Shown: piece after piece, positions 8,779-17,441 of the stretch | Numbering within the stretch: position 1 is the first letter of the stretch | Layout: the number at the start of each line of letters is the position of its first letter | DNA from: a virus | Taxonomy: Duplodnaviria; Caudoviricetes | DNA length: 25,825 nucleotides | Direction: 5' to 3' (one strand) | Virus record (IMG/VR): IMGVR_UViG_3300035670_001139 | Span: 1 to 25,825 of that record | Position numbers and translations under genes: made by a program | The notes under the pieces: model-generated | What the model saw: only the letters and a program-made list of their open reading frames with translations | Database searches by the model: none | What the model was told of the DNA's origin: nothing

Positions 8779-10912
8779 TGATTACACCGTAACCGAGAAG
8801 AAGGAAATCTTTGCCTTGCTCACTTTCAAACCGAAGACGTACAGAACGACCACGGCCACGGAGCTTAAGGCGGCTAGAGATAACTGTATCTGGATAGCCA
8901 AAGTCTGTCAAGTCGCCGGGGTTAACGATAGGCGTCTGTTTGTAACGGTAAGCCTGCTGAGACACACTGGACGCCGTGGTGCTGAAATCCCAGTATGACG
9001 ACACAAGAAGAGAGGAGGGGCGAATAGGTTCATAGCCTGACTCTGTAGATTCCCAACCCTCTTCCGTGACCCGCATGTATGTCACAATGTAGGGAGAGTT
9101 CTTTTGTCGAACAACGTCAGAAATAAAGTCGTAACCAGCCTCAGCAAACGACAAGTAATTGGTCGTACCCCAATCAAGGAAACTCTTACCAGAGAAGGTA
9201 CCCATCGTAAGTTTACCCGTTGCACCATCTCTAATAAGGAGAACAGTAGCTGGGTCACCCGTAGCAAAGTCTGAAAGCTGGGTCGACACAATATCGTCAG
9301 AGCCTTGAACCACGTCGTCCCCTGTGGGAAGAACAACGTCAAGGACAAGCTCGTCAGAACCGTAGCCTGAGTACACCACAAGAGCCATGATGTAGTCCGT
9401 CGAGGATGCCTCGTCAGAAACTTTCCAAGGGTAGAACGCACCCAAGGGGATATCAAGGATCAAGAGATTGTTTAGTTTGTTAGCATTAGGCTCTGCAGCG
9501 TTAGGGTAGGCCCAGTAGATTTTCTTATTCAGTCGGTCGTACGTAGCCTGAACGAGAGAACGAGCGTTAGAGCCAATCTCGTCCCAGAAGGTCTGGATCG
9601 TAGGCAGGCTGATGTTTTGCTCAGTAGGGTTACCACTTACCTCGTCGAATTGAAGCGTATGGATACCCGTCTTGGACCACCAGAACGGAACACCTTCTGC
9701 CTCGACAAAAGACCCAGCCGTAAGCATCCCAGTATACGACACACGACGCAGGGAGTACTCAGTGGCACGGAAAACGTTATCGACACCATTGATCGACCAC
9801 ACACCGTTCTCAGCGAAGATAAACAGAGTTGCCCCGAAGGCGTAGAGGTACTGGATATTCACAGCGTCAGGGATGCGGACGACACCACCATCGGTATCTA
9901 GCAGATCACTAATGTCTTCTGAGGTTGGGTCGTTAACTTGGAAACATTCACCAAGCTCACTCAAGGTTTCAATCTGACGCGAGAAGAGAATAACACCCGA
10001 GTTCTTAGCCGACTCAAGACCAGCGTAGAAGATACGACCAGCAAAGGATTCGACAGACTTGAAGCGAGAGGTCTCAATATCTGTGGTGATGCCTGCGATG
10101 CCTGAGGCTGCACTACGATCCTTGTTGAAGAAGTTAAGGATGTACGTTCCGTTGCCAATAAGGCTGGTACCAGAGAAGATGTTCTGCCACTCAGTCTTCG
10201 AGAAAACACCCGAGGAATCCTTACCTGCGTACCACGGGAGGGTCAGCGGGGGGTAAGCACCATAGGCAGAGAGGGCTGCAGTACCTTTAGTACCCGACCA
10301 ACCAGCGTTAGCGGTATCATACTTACGGGCAGTAGACGCAGAAGCAGTGGCAATCTCTGTGGTGTAAGTGCTTTTGTCGCCCAACCATTCAAAATCACGA
10401 ATACGAAAACTGATCTGGGTTGTCGTCAGAGCACCAGTGGAATTGTTACGTTGAATGTAGATCGTGTTGATAGCCGGGGAGGAGACGACAAGAGCACCAT
10501 TGATGGATGCAAACTGACAGTTAGCGTTAGCAGCGCCGACACCACCTGCGACTTCGTAGGACGACAAATTGACAGTTTCGGCAATCTCGTGAGACGAGTA
10601 AGGAAGGTCCGACTTGTTATAAAAGCGGAGCGTAGAGCCAACCTGTAGGACAAGAAATTCAAGACCTGACTGGCCCCCTACGTTCTCCCAACTACCCGTA
10701 TGAAATCGAGTAGAGGTGCTTACGGTAAACGAAGACAGAACACGACTATCCTCTACTTTAGCTGCAAGCCTACGACGACGTGAACCATCCCGACGCAGAT
10801 CACAGTTAAGTTCGTCGACAGAGGCATCAGCCGGAAACGTAAGCTCGGTACGCTCGGTAATGAGACCCTTTACGAAAGTGTTAACTACCTTCTGAGACAG
10901 ACTTTGGGACAT
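8756..10912 (-). CDS. Tail tubular protein B / nozzle (T7 gp12 or P22 gp10-like)
   Basis: 718 aa, beta-rich; N-terminal NTFVKGLITE, FAGRIFYAG, C-terminal KLRGRGRSVRLRFES; synteny. Confidence 0.8.
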   Translation of the reverse strand: MSQSLSQKVVNTFVKGLITERTELTFPADASVDELNCDLRRDGSRRRRLAAKVEDSRVLSSFTVSTSTRFHTGSWENVGGQSGLEFLVLQVGSTLRFYNKSDLPYSSHEIAETVNLSSYEVAGGVGAANANCQFASINGALVVSSPAINTIYIQRNNSTGALTTTQISFRIRDFEWLGDKSTYTTEIATASASTARKYDTANAGWSGTKGTAALSAYGAYPPLTLPWYAGKDSSGVFSKTEWQNIFSGTSLIGNGTYILNFFNKDRSAASGIAGITTDIETSRFKSVESFAGRIFYAGLESAKNSGVILFSRQIETLSELGECFQVNDPTSEDISDLLDTDGGVVRIPDAVNIQYLYAFGATLFIFAENGVWSINGVDNVFRATEYSLRRVSYTGMLTAGSFVEAEGVPFWWSKTGIHTLQFDEVSGNPTEQNISLPTIQTFWDEIGSNARSLVQATYDRLNKKIYWAYPNAAEPNANKLNNLLILDIPLGAFYPWKVSDEASSTDYIMALVVYSGYGSDELVLDVVLPTGDDVVQGSDDIVSTQLSDFATGDPATVLLIRDGATGKLTMGTFSGKSFLDWGTTNYLSFAEAGYDFISDVVRQKNSPYIVTYMRVTEEGWESTESGYEPIRPSSLLVSSYWDFSTTASSVSQQAYRYKQTPIVNPGDLTDFGYPDTVISSRLKLRGRGRSVRLRFESEQGKDFLLLGYGVINAVNQRF

Positions 10913-11192
10913 CTTTTAACGCTTTCCGTTCTTCTCGTTCTTTGGCGAAGTTCTCACGACGCGCACCGATAGTCTCTTTCATGTTCCGAATGTAGTGCTC
11001 GACAGCTTCCTTAGCCTTTGGGATAGAGGAGTAACTACCACTTAGCTCTGCTGGTGTCGGACCCTTTTCAGTAACAATCTCGAAGAAGATAAATCCGCTA
11101 CGGTCTTTCTGGATCGTCAGGGCCGTAAGCATCTTTTCAGGGCAACGACAAATACAGATTTGCTTCTCAGGGTATTCTTCAAACTCTACCAA
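10881..11192 (-). CDS. Hypothetical protein (~103 aa)
   Basis: Likely TTG start at 11192 (MVEFEEYPEK) with AGGA 6 nt upstream, 1 nt after the upstream stop; fills the gap between the two tubular genes. Confidence 0.6.
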   Translation of the reverse strand: MVEFEEYPEKQICICRCPEKMLTALTIQKDRSGFIFFEIVTEKGPTPAELSGSYSSIPKAKEAVEHYIRNMKETIGARRENFAKEREERKALKDVPKSVSEGS

Positions 11193-11193
11193 T

Positions 11194-11931
11194 TCAATTC
11201 CTGCCGTAGTGGTTGCGTACGTTAGGGCGTTTAGTGCGATACATGTCATTCTGAACGTAGGATTTCAAACGACGAGCAGCTTGCTCTACCTTAGGGTCCG
11301 ACCCAGACTTGAAGAGGGAGAAGCAAGTGGACTTAGCCTCAGCAAGAAGGTAGGGCAGCATGGTGTCGTCAAGATCAGGGGTGAAGCTGTCAGCGATGGT
11401 GAACGTAGGATAAACCGTACCGTAGGCCCGAGTCTTAGAAGCCTGCAGAATGGTCTCTACAGCAGCATCGTAAGCATTCATCACGATGTGCAGGTCATCA
11501 AACGAGGTGTAGTACGTAGGCATCCGATCTTTGAAGATAACCAACGAAGTGGATGCTGTAGCATCTGGGACGACAAGAGTGCTGTCGGGGTTATTATACG
11601 GCATCCGCTTGAGGAAGTCCAGAGGCTCAACGAAGCTAATCTCTTGGTAGTTAACGCCACCCTGTGTGTCGATGTTGTACGACAAGTCCACGATGTCACG
11701 GGTATTCGTAGGGTACTGGAAATGGGTGGGACGTACGGACGACGACAAAGAAGTGAGTTTAAGAAGCTGTTGATGCTCAGGGATGTTACGTGCAGCAATG
11801 ATGTTGTAGTACACGTCCTCAATGACTGAGGCAATCTGCTGAGCTTCTACGGTGTCGCTGATGGAGTTTACAGCTTCAGAGTCCATATCCGAAAGGATCG
11901 AACTCACCATCTCCAAGAGTGTCTTCTTCAT
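11194..11931 (-). CDS. Tail tubular protein A / adaptor (T7 gp11-like)
   Basis: 245 aa; N-terminus TLLEMVSSILSDMDSEAVNSISDTVEAQQIASVI typical of podoviral adaptors; TAATG coupling with the upstream gene. Confidence 0.8.
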   Translation of the reverse strand: MKKTLLEMVSSILSDMDSEAVNSISDTVEAQQIASVIEDVYYNIIAARNIPEHQQLLKLTSLSSSVRPTHFQYPTNTRDIVDLSYNIDTQGGVNYQEISFVEPLDFLKRMPYNNPDSTLVVPDATASTSLVIFKDRMPTYYTSFDDLHIVMNAYDAAVETILQASKTRAYGTVYPTFTIADSFTPDLDDTMLPYLLAEAKSTCFSLFKSGSDPKVEQAARRLKSYVQNDMYRTKRPNVRNHYGRN

Positions 11932-12494
11932 TACGATGCGATCCCACTGATGCGGAGGTAGCCAGAAGCAAAGTTAATGGTGGCCGAAGAGTTGGCCTTG
12001 ATGAAAACTTCAAGGTAGTCGTTAGTTGCTAGGGTAGTATTAAACTTGAGGGCCATAAGATGCCACTCCCCAGACGCAGCAGTAGCAATCATTCTGCTAC
12101 CAGTAAGTTCCGTTCCATTCTTAAACAAAACCATCTCAACTTGACGTGAGGTACCAGAAGACTGCTGAATGGAGAAGATAGCATCCATAGAGGCATTAAT
12201 GGTTTCGGTACCATCGTAACGCACACGAGCGTTAGGGGACGACAGACCTGTAAAGCCATTATTTGTCGATGCGTTGAACGTAGGGTTCAGGACCGTATCG
12301 GATGTAGTAACGGAATGTGCGTAAGGGGAACCAGTGGAGAACGTCAGGTACCCACCGAAGATACGACTATTCTCTACCCAGTCTCCCGACCCTGCACCAT
12401 CGGCTACGTAGATTTGACCAGCGAGAGCCGTAGAGGCACCCTTGGGTTCATGCAAGTAAGGGTCCGTAAGGGTATTATGATTAACGTTTGCGAT
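11931..12494 (-). CDS. Virion structural protein (fibre/spike-like, possible C1q/TNF-like C-terminal domain); probable ATC start
   Basis: Frame is open upstream of the called TTG to ATC GCA AAC GTT (I/M-ANVNHNTLTDPYLHEPKG), with AGGAGG 10 nt upstream; GQIYVADGAGSGDW repeat-like motif; C-terminal NDYLEVFI beta strands. Confidence 0.6.
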   Translation of the reverse strand: MANVNHNTLTDPYLHEPKGASTALAGQIYVADGAGSGDWVENSRIFGGYLTFSTGSPYAHSVTTSDTVLNPTFNASTNNGFTGLSSPNARVRYDGTETINASMDAIFSIQQSSGTSRQVEMVLFKNGTELTGSRMIATAASGEWHLMALKFNTTLATNDYLEVFIKANSSATINFASGYLRISGIAS

Positions 12495-12509
12495 GGGACC
12501 AGCCCCTCC

Positions 12510-12974
12510 TTAGAGCAGTTTGTTGCCTTTAGCGAAGTTTATGTCAGACGGAAGAACTTGGAGATTCCACGGAACATGAAGGCCACAAACAAGTTTACCT
12601 TGCAAAGGAATGATGTGGTCAACATGGTACTCTTCCCCGGTTACTCTACACAAATCTTGCGACAACCAGTAAAGATTTAGAATTTCTTCCTTTTGACTTT
12701 CGCTTAACCAGTCCGGCGTTGCGTTTAGTTTTACAGATCGTCTCTTAGCTTGGTGGTAAGCTCGAAGTGGCATATTTTTATACCAAACTTCTTTGTTACT
12801 CAGGTAGTATTTACGACAAGCCTCTTTATTCTTCTCTTTGTCCCTAGACAACCTTATTGCTTTAACACACTCTTTACACTCGTACGTAAGACCAAGAGGC
12901 TTATGCTTGTTCTTGTAGAACTCAGATAGGGCCTTCTCTGACTTGCACACACAACACAGTCTGACGTTAGCCAT
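12510..12974 (-). CDS. Free-standing HNH homing endonuclease with N-terminal zinc finger
   Basis: CCVC...FY...CKEC zinc finger; YHVDHIIPLQG..VCGLHVPWNLQVL...N..KGNK HNH motif; visibly more AT-rich than neighbours. Confidence 0.9.
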   Translation of the reverse strand: MANVRLCCVCKSEKALSEFYKNKHKPLGLTYECKECVKAIRLSRDKEKNKEACRKYYLSNKEVWYKNMPLRAYHQAKRRSVKLNATPDWLSESQKEEILNLYWLSQDLCRVTGEEYHVDHIIPLQGKLVCGLHVPWNLQVLPSDINFAKGNKLL

Positions 12975-13081
12975 ACTAGGGAGTCCTTAGATCAGTTTAT
13001 CTCTAGGGTATCTGAACCCTACGTTAGGTGCCATAGCTTATAGAGATATAGTATATATCCATCGGGTGGCAGCTTAAGCTT

Positions 13082-13109
13082 ATTATACACTGTTTTGAGA
13101 ATCTGTCAA
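13082..13109 (-). promoter_or_regulatory. Sigma70 consensus promoter for the HNH/tail genes
   Basis: Minus strand TTGACA-N16-TATAAT in an intergenic gap, just downstream of the post-capsid hairpin. Confidence 0.8.
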
Positions 13110-13140
13110 GTACAATCGTAACAGACCATCAAAGTAGTGT

Positions 13141-13166
13141 GGGGTGTCACACTTAAGCAACACCCC
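13141..13166 (-). terminator. Stem-loop after the capsid operon (weak terminator or mRNA stabiliser)
   Basis: GGGGTGTTGC-TTAAGT-GTGACACCCC, 10-bp stem with two GU pairs, 9 nt after the stop; U-tract is poor (ACACTACTTT). Confidence 0.55.
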
Positions 13167-13175
13167 TCGGGTCAA

Positions 13176-13661
13176 TTACTCGACCTTGATGTACTCGACG
13201 ATCAGCACAGCCGAGCCAGCGGTGAACGCAGCCGTACCGTACAGAGCGCCAATGTAGACCGGGGCCGAACCCACGGTAACGACACCAGAGACCTGAGCAC
13301 CGTCACACTGCACCACGTCACCGTCTGCGTCGATAGCAGTCAGAGCGATAGCAGCATCAATGCCGTCAGCATCCACAGCGGTACCAGCAGCGTTGTAAGT
13401 ACCAATGGTCAACGTAGCCGAGCCACCCGAGGTAGCAGCGTCAGTGATAACCAGATCGGCATTCACGATGATAGCACCAGCGGGGATCATAGCTTCCAGC
13501 GGGTCGATGTTCGAGGAACCAAACGACGAACCAAGAGCAGCCAGCGACAGCTTCTTGGTGATGACCTGACGAGCACCGCGAACGGTGACGCCTTCGTCGT
13601 TAGCGGAGCCTTGAGCACCATTGGTCAGAACAAACAGACCATCAGCGTTAGTGTAAGACAT
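13176..13661 (-). CDS. Capsid decoration / minor capsid protein (putative)
   Basis: 161 aa rich in A/G/T/V with IPAGAIIV; strong AGGAGG RBS; immediately after the major capsid gene and with similarly biased codons. Confidence 0.6.
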   Translation of the reverse strand: MSYTNADGLFVLTNGAQGSANDEGVTVRGARQVITKKLSLAALGSSFGSSNIDPLEAMIPAGAIIVNADLVITDAATSGGSATLTIGTYNAAGTAVDADGIDAAIALTAIDADGDVVQCDGAQVSGVVTVGSAPVYIGALYGTAAFTAGSAVLIVEYIKVE

Positions 13662-13677
13662 GTTATATCCCTCCTAA

Positions 13678-14646
13678 TTACACGTTGGTTTTCGTGATAA
13701 CACGAACCATGTTCTCGGGACGGTACAGCTTAACACCGTAGCGAGCAGTCGTAACATACTCGTGACGCTGGAAGTCTTTGTTGTACTCGTAGTCCACTTC
13801 CGGCATCTGACGCCATGCACCGACAAAAGCCTGAGCAGCGGGAGCAGCCGAGAAGAACAGGTTAACCTTGCCGTTGTCCGACGAGAAGTCAACGTTACCG
13901 GGCGAAGCAGCTTTGTTGGTCAGAGCCGAATCGGTTGCGGTAGCAAGGTAGTTCGAGGTATACACGTCGAAGCCGTACACGTTCTTCACGAAGCGCATAC
14001 CAGTAGCGATGCCATCAGCGACAACGCCTTCCCAACGCGGGTTATCCGAGACCGACACAAGGTTGGTCAGGGTGTTGATCGTGTATTCAACCGAAGGGTC
14101 AACGACAGCGATCAGGTTGGTGTCGGGAACGTTAGCCTTCTTGAGAGCGTAACGAGCACGAGCAAAGTCAGCAACTGCGATCACAGCAGCCGAACCCGAA
14201 CCAGCCCAACGGTGGCCAACGCCATCGACAGCAGCTTCCGAGTTAGCCGACACACCAGCTTCAGGCGCAGCAAACGTGGTGGCTTCGAAGTGAGCCATGA
14301 TGGCCCGCTCTTGTTCCGGCACGAAACGCGACATCAGTTCAGCCGAGTAGAACGAATCCTGCTCTGCTTTCTTGGTGATGTAGGTAGCCGACGACTGGTA
14401 CTTGTCAACGGTGAAGGTGAACTCACCAGTGTCCATCGGACGGTAAACAACGGCAGTATCTTCTGCGTAGTTGTCGACCTGAGCTTGGCCAATCGACGGG
14501 ATCGTGAACTGGTCACCGTCAGGGAAACCTTCAAGCATACGCACGTAGCGTTGTGCCATCATTTCGTCGCGCAGAATTTCCTTAAGCTCCGAAGACCATA
14601 CTTCCGAGCGAGTAAGGAGACTCATGTTGGCAGTAGTCATAGCCAT
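13678..14646 (-). CDS. Major capsid protein
   Basis: 322 aa; SEVWSSEL, GDQFTIPSIG, L..ANVP......VVDP, VYGFDVYTSN, RYGVKLYRPE are podoviral HK97-fold motifs; AGGAG RBS; follows the scaffold. Confidence 0.9.
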   Translation of the reverse strand: MAMTTANMSLLTRSEVWSSELKEILRDEMMAQRYVRMLEGFPDGDQFTIPSIGQAQVDNYAEDTAVVYRPMDTGEFTFTVDKYQSSATYITKKAEQDSFYSAELMSRFVPEQERAIMAHFEATTFAAPEAGVSANSEAAVDGVGHRWAGSGSAAVIAVADFARARYALKKANVPDTNLIAVVDPSVEYTINTLTNLVSVSDNPRWEGVVADGIATGMRFVKNVYGFDVYTSNYLATATDSALTNKAASPGNVDFSSDNGKVNLFFSAAPAAQAFVGAWRQMPEVDYEYNKDFQRHEYVTTARYGVKLYRPENMVRVITKTNV

Positions 14647-14663
14647 TTTAGTCTTCTCCTAGT

Positions 14664-15446
14664 TTATGGTTTCCACTTATTCCCAAGACGAGCAGCATCA
14701 TCCATCATCTGTCGTTGAACCTTGGGAGTATAGTAGAGGGATTTACTTTCCCGACGAAGCTTTTGGTAGTAGTCAAAATTACGCTCCGCCGAAGCTTGCA
14801 TGTTGACCCCTTCCGTGCGAACCGTCCCCGACACAATAGGTTGGAAGGATTTCTTCGGTTCACCAATCAGGTTGAAGAAGGCGTTAGGCGACTCAGACGC
14901 TAGTTCCTGCAGACGCTGCACAGTCAAGCCAAGTTCTTGGGCTTTCTTCTGGACAACGGCAGGGGCCTCAGTACCGTAGGTCTTCTCAAGTTCCTGATCG
15001 ACAAGAGCGAGGTTCTGCTTTACAGTATTATCTCGGTCTCGTGCAGTCAGAGTTTTCTCAACAAGGCTCTTTAGGATATCCTCACTCACTTGCGGCGGGG
15101 TATTGCCATCAGTATTAGTGCCACCGTTATTATTGTTGTTAGCCGCTGCAGGTTTCACGTTGGTGGGCGACATGGCCTTGGTCTGCAGTTCTTCGAGTAG
15201 AGTCTTGGCGTAGTCCTGTTTCTGGATATCCTCACGCATCTGCGCGAGTTGTTCTTCCAGATTTTTAATGTAGCCATCAGCTTCGAGTTTGCCTTTGGCC
15301 AACACTTCAGGGTCTTTCCAGTTCTCTCCCTTAGTGGCGACGAGCTTTGCTAGATAGGACTCCTGTTGTTCAGCAGTCATCTGTGGTGCTTGGCTCTCTT
15401 GACTCTGCCCAGTTGGTTGCTGAGCTTGGTCGAACACGTTTGTCAA
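14664..15446 (-). CDS. Capsid scaffolding protein
   Basis: 260 aa, Q/E-rich and helical (ADGYIKNLEEQ coiled coil); TTG start behind AAGGA; between portal and capsid genes. Confidence 0.75.
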   Translation of the reverse strand: MTNVFDQAQQPTGQSQESQAPQMTAEQQESYLAKLVATKGENWKDPEVLAKGKLEADGYIKNLEEQLAQMREDIQKQDYAKTLLEELQTKAMSPTNVKPAAANNNNNGGTNTDGNTPPQVSEDILKSLVEKTLTARDRDNTVKQNLALVDQELEKTYGTEAPAVVQKKAQELGLTVQRLQELASESPNAFFNLIGEPKKSFQPIVSGTVRTEGVNMQASAERNFDYYQKLRRESKSLYYTPKVQRQMMDDAARLGNKWKP

Positions 15447-15450
15447 ATTG

Positions 15451-15696
15451 TTAGTCCTTCTGGTTAGAAGATAGGTCGATTAAGTTGAGTAGATCGTCGA
15501 GAACAGCGTTATATTCATTCACGGCGATCTGTTTGTATTCCCAACCGGGGGAATAATCCCGAACAGCTTCCTTACGGACATAGTGCTGCTCTAGAATTTC
15601 ACGTAGGTCGTCGAAGGCATTACGGTACGACAACACTTCTTGTTTGCGTTGGTTCCGATCAGAGTCCTTGACGCCTCTAAGCCATACAGCCTGCAT
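15451..15696 (-). CDS. Small hypothetical protein of the head module
   Basis: 81 aa; TAATG overlap with the portal stop; W..KQ...N.YN....DL motif. Confidence 0.7.
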   Translation of the reverse strand: MQAVWLRGVKDSDRNQRKQEVLSYRNAFDDLREILEQHYVRKEAVRDYSPGWEYKQIAVNEYNAVLDDLLNLIDLSSNQKD

Positions 15697-17441
15697 TAAG
15701 CACCTAGTTCTTGAGCAAGCATAAGTTGCTCTTGGTTCTGCATTTCAGCTTCCTGAACGGCCTGTTGAGTCTCAAGCTGTTCCATGACGCTAATGTTCTC
15801 GCCGTAAAGTTTAGGCTCACCAAGTTCTTCCGACATGATACGAGCAAACTCTTTACCCGAGAGGTGAACGGAAACACTTGGGTCGGCAAGCTTAAGCTGG
15901 TAAAGCTGTGTAAGGTTCTGTACCCGACGAGCACGTTCAGCAAAGTGACGAGCACCGATAGCACTGATCTTACCGCTACCAATGATGTCGGTCTTGGTGA
16001 TGTTACGGAAGAACGTATTCCCCGTGGTAGGGTCAACCATCGACAAAGACTCAGTAGACGACAGATTACGACGACCACATTCCAGCATAGCATTCAGGAT
16101 AGGCTCAAGGAACGTACGCTCAAAGTGGGCAGTCTTGTGCTCAAAGATACGCGAGGCGGAGTTCTGTAGGCTCTGGACCTCAAAGGCAGTCTTCTCACCG
16201 GGCGTACGGATACCCATAGCCTGACGAGGAGCACCAGCCATCTCCTCCATCTTGTTCTCAAGGAGTTGAATCTGGAGGTCAGCTTGAAGGGCAGTGCCAT
16301 CCGGCTGCAGGTAGCCTACGTCGCCTTCTTCACCAAGGTAAATACGAGCACCCGGTGCAAAGTCAAAGTCTTCTACGTCCCCACGAATCTTCATCACAGG
16401 GTAAGCAATCTGGTCGAATACGTCAGCCTTAAGGTTCTCAAGGTGGTCGATACGATACTGCATACCAACGAGGTTATCCAACGGACCCATAGCGTACAGG
16501 TTATCGGGACGAGGACGCCAGCCAGCCATAAAGATAGGCGCATGACCCAACCACGAGGGGTTCTCTTCATTGTCCAGAACGTAAGCACGGTCGACAACAG
16601 TGATGATACGATCCGAATGGAGTTTGTTGTCGTTATAGTCGAAGATGTCCCCGTAGAACGTAAGAATCTCTACGTAGTCCGACTCATAATATTGTTGGAT
16701 CGACGTAAAGCCATCAGCAATGAAACCGTCAGCTTTGTTATACGCAGAGTCAGCCGAACGAATAGATGCCCGAGCGTACATCATCTTGTCGATAATACCC
16801 TGCCAATGAGCCTTAGAAGGGTCTTTGTCAATCATCCGTTTGATCTCACCAAGGGTAAGAATGTTCTTGATGATCTTAGGGGTCTTATAGAAGTCAGATG
16901 CAGTAGGGTTAAATACGATGTCGTAAGGAGAGATACGGACCAGACGAGGGCCTTCGTAAGAAACGGCGACAGAACCATCCTGCTTAATGTTGGAAGTGTT
17001 CTCGTAGACTACAGTAGCGAAGCAGTTGCCGTACTGAATCCAATCGTACAGAAGGCTAGAAGAAGTATTTACAAAGTCAGACTGACGGACCTTATTGTCC
17101 ATGTACGCTTGAATGGACTCGATCTTGTCCTTCTTGTTGCTCTTGCTGTCAGAAGGTTCGAAACGCATCCACTTCTGCTGAGGGAACAGAGTAGCAAAGT
17201 AGTTCGCATGGAGGTTGTCCATGATCTGCGTCAGCTTAGGTGTCGTCGTAGAGTTCGACCACGGAAGGGCAGCATTCTTCGTCGTACGTGTGTCCGTAGC
17301 GTAGAGGTAGTTACGGAGTTCTTTCTTTTCGACAAGCCACTTGTCACGCAGAGTATTCCACTCGACCCAACGATTAGCAATCTCGACAGCGAGAGTATCG
17401 GGGTTAAGCAGGTGCTCAAGTTCGATGGTAGTTCCGGCCAT
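15696..17441 (-). CDS. Portal (head-tail connector) protein
   Basis: 581 aa; YGNCFATV, RISPYDIVFNP, YAMGPLDNLVGMQ, GEKTAFEV; follows terL with TAATG coupling and GAGG RBS. Confidence 0.9.
   Translation of the reverse strand: MAGTTIELEHLLNPDTLAVEIANRWVEWNTLRDKWLVEKKELRNYLYATDTRTTKNAALPWSNSTTTPKLTQIMDNLHANYFATLFPQQKWMRFEPSDSKSNKKDKIESIQAYMDNKVRQSDFVNTSSSLLYDWIQYGNCFATVVYENTSNIKQDGSVAVSYEGPRLVRISPYDIVFNPTASDFYKTPKIIKNILTLGEIKRMIDKDPSKAHWQGIIDKMMYARASIRSADSAYNKADGFIADGFTSIQQYYESDYVEILTFYGDIFDYNDNKLHSDRIITVVDRAYVLDNEENPSWLGHAPIFMAGWRPRPDNLYAMGPLDNLVGMQYRIDHLENLKADVFDQIAYPVMKIRGDVEDFDFAPGARIYLGEEGDVGYLQPDGTALQADLQIQLLENKMEEMAGAPRQAMGIRTPGEKTAFEVQSLQNSASRIFEHKTAHFERTFLEPILNAMLECGRRNLSSTESLSMVDPTTGNTFFRNITKTDIIGSGKISAIGARHFAERARRVQNLTQLYQLKLADPSVSVHLSGKEFARIMSEELGEPKLYGENISVMEQLETQQAVQEAEMQNQEQLMLAQELGA

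Noticed and set aside
12495-13075. Group I intron or intein around the HNH gene
   Set aside because: The HNH ORF fills the insert, leaving 15 nt and no room for a ribozyme core; no intein C/S...HN termini.
13662-13700. T7 10A/10B-type frameshift or readthrough at the capsid gene end
   Set aside because: No clear slippery heptamer; TAA stop; the next gene has its own strong RBS.
15441-15446. TTGACA at the scaffold start
   Set aside because: It is the TTG ACA start codons; no -10 at a suitable spacing.
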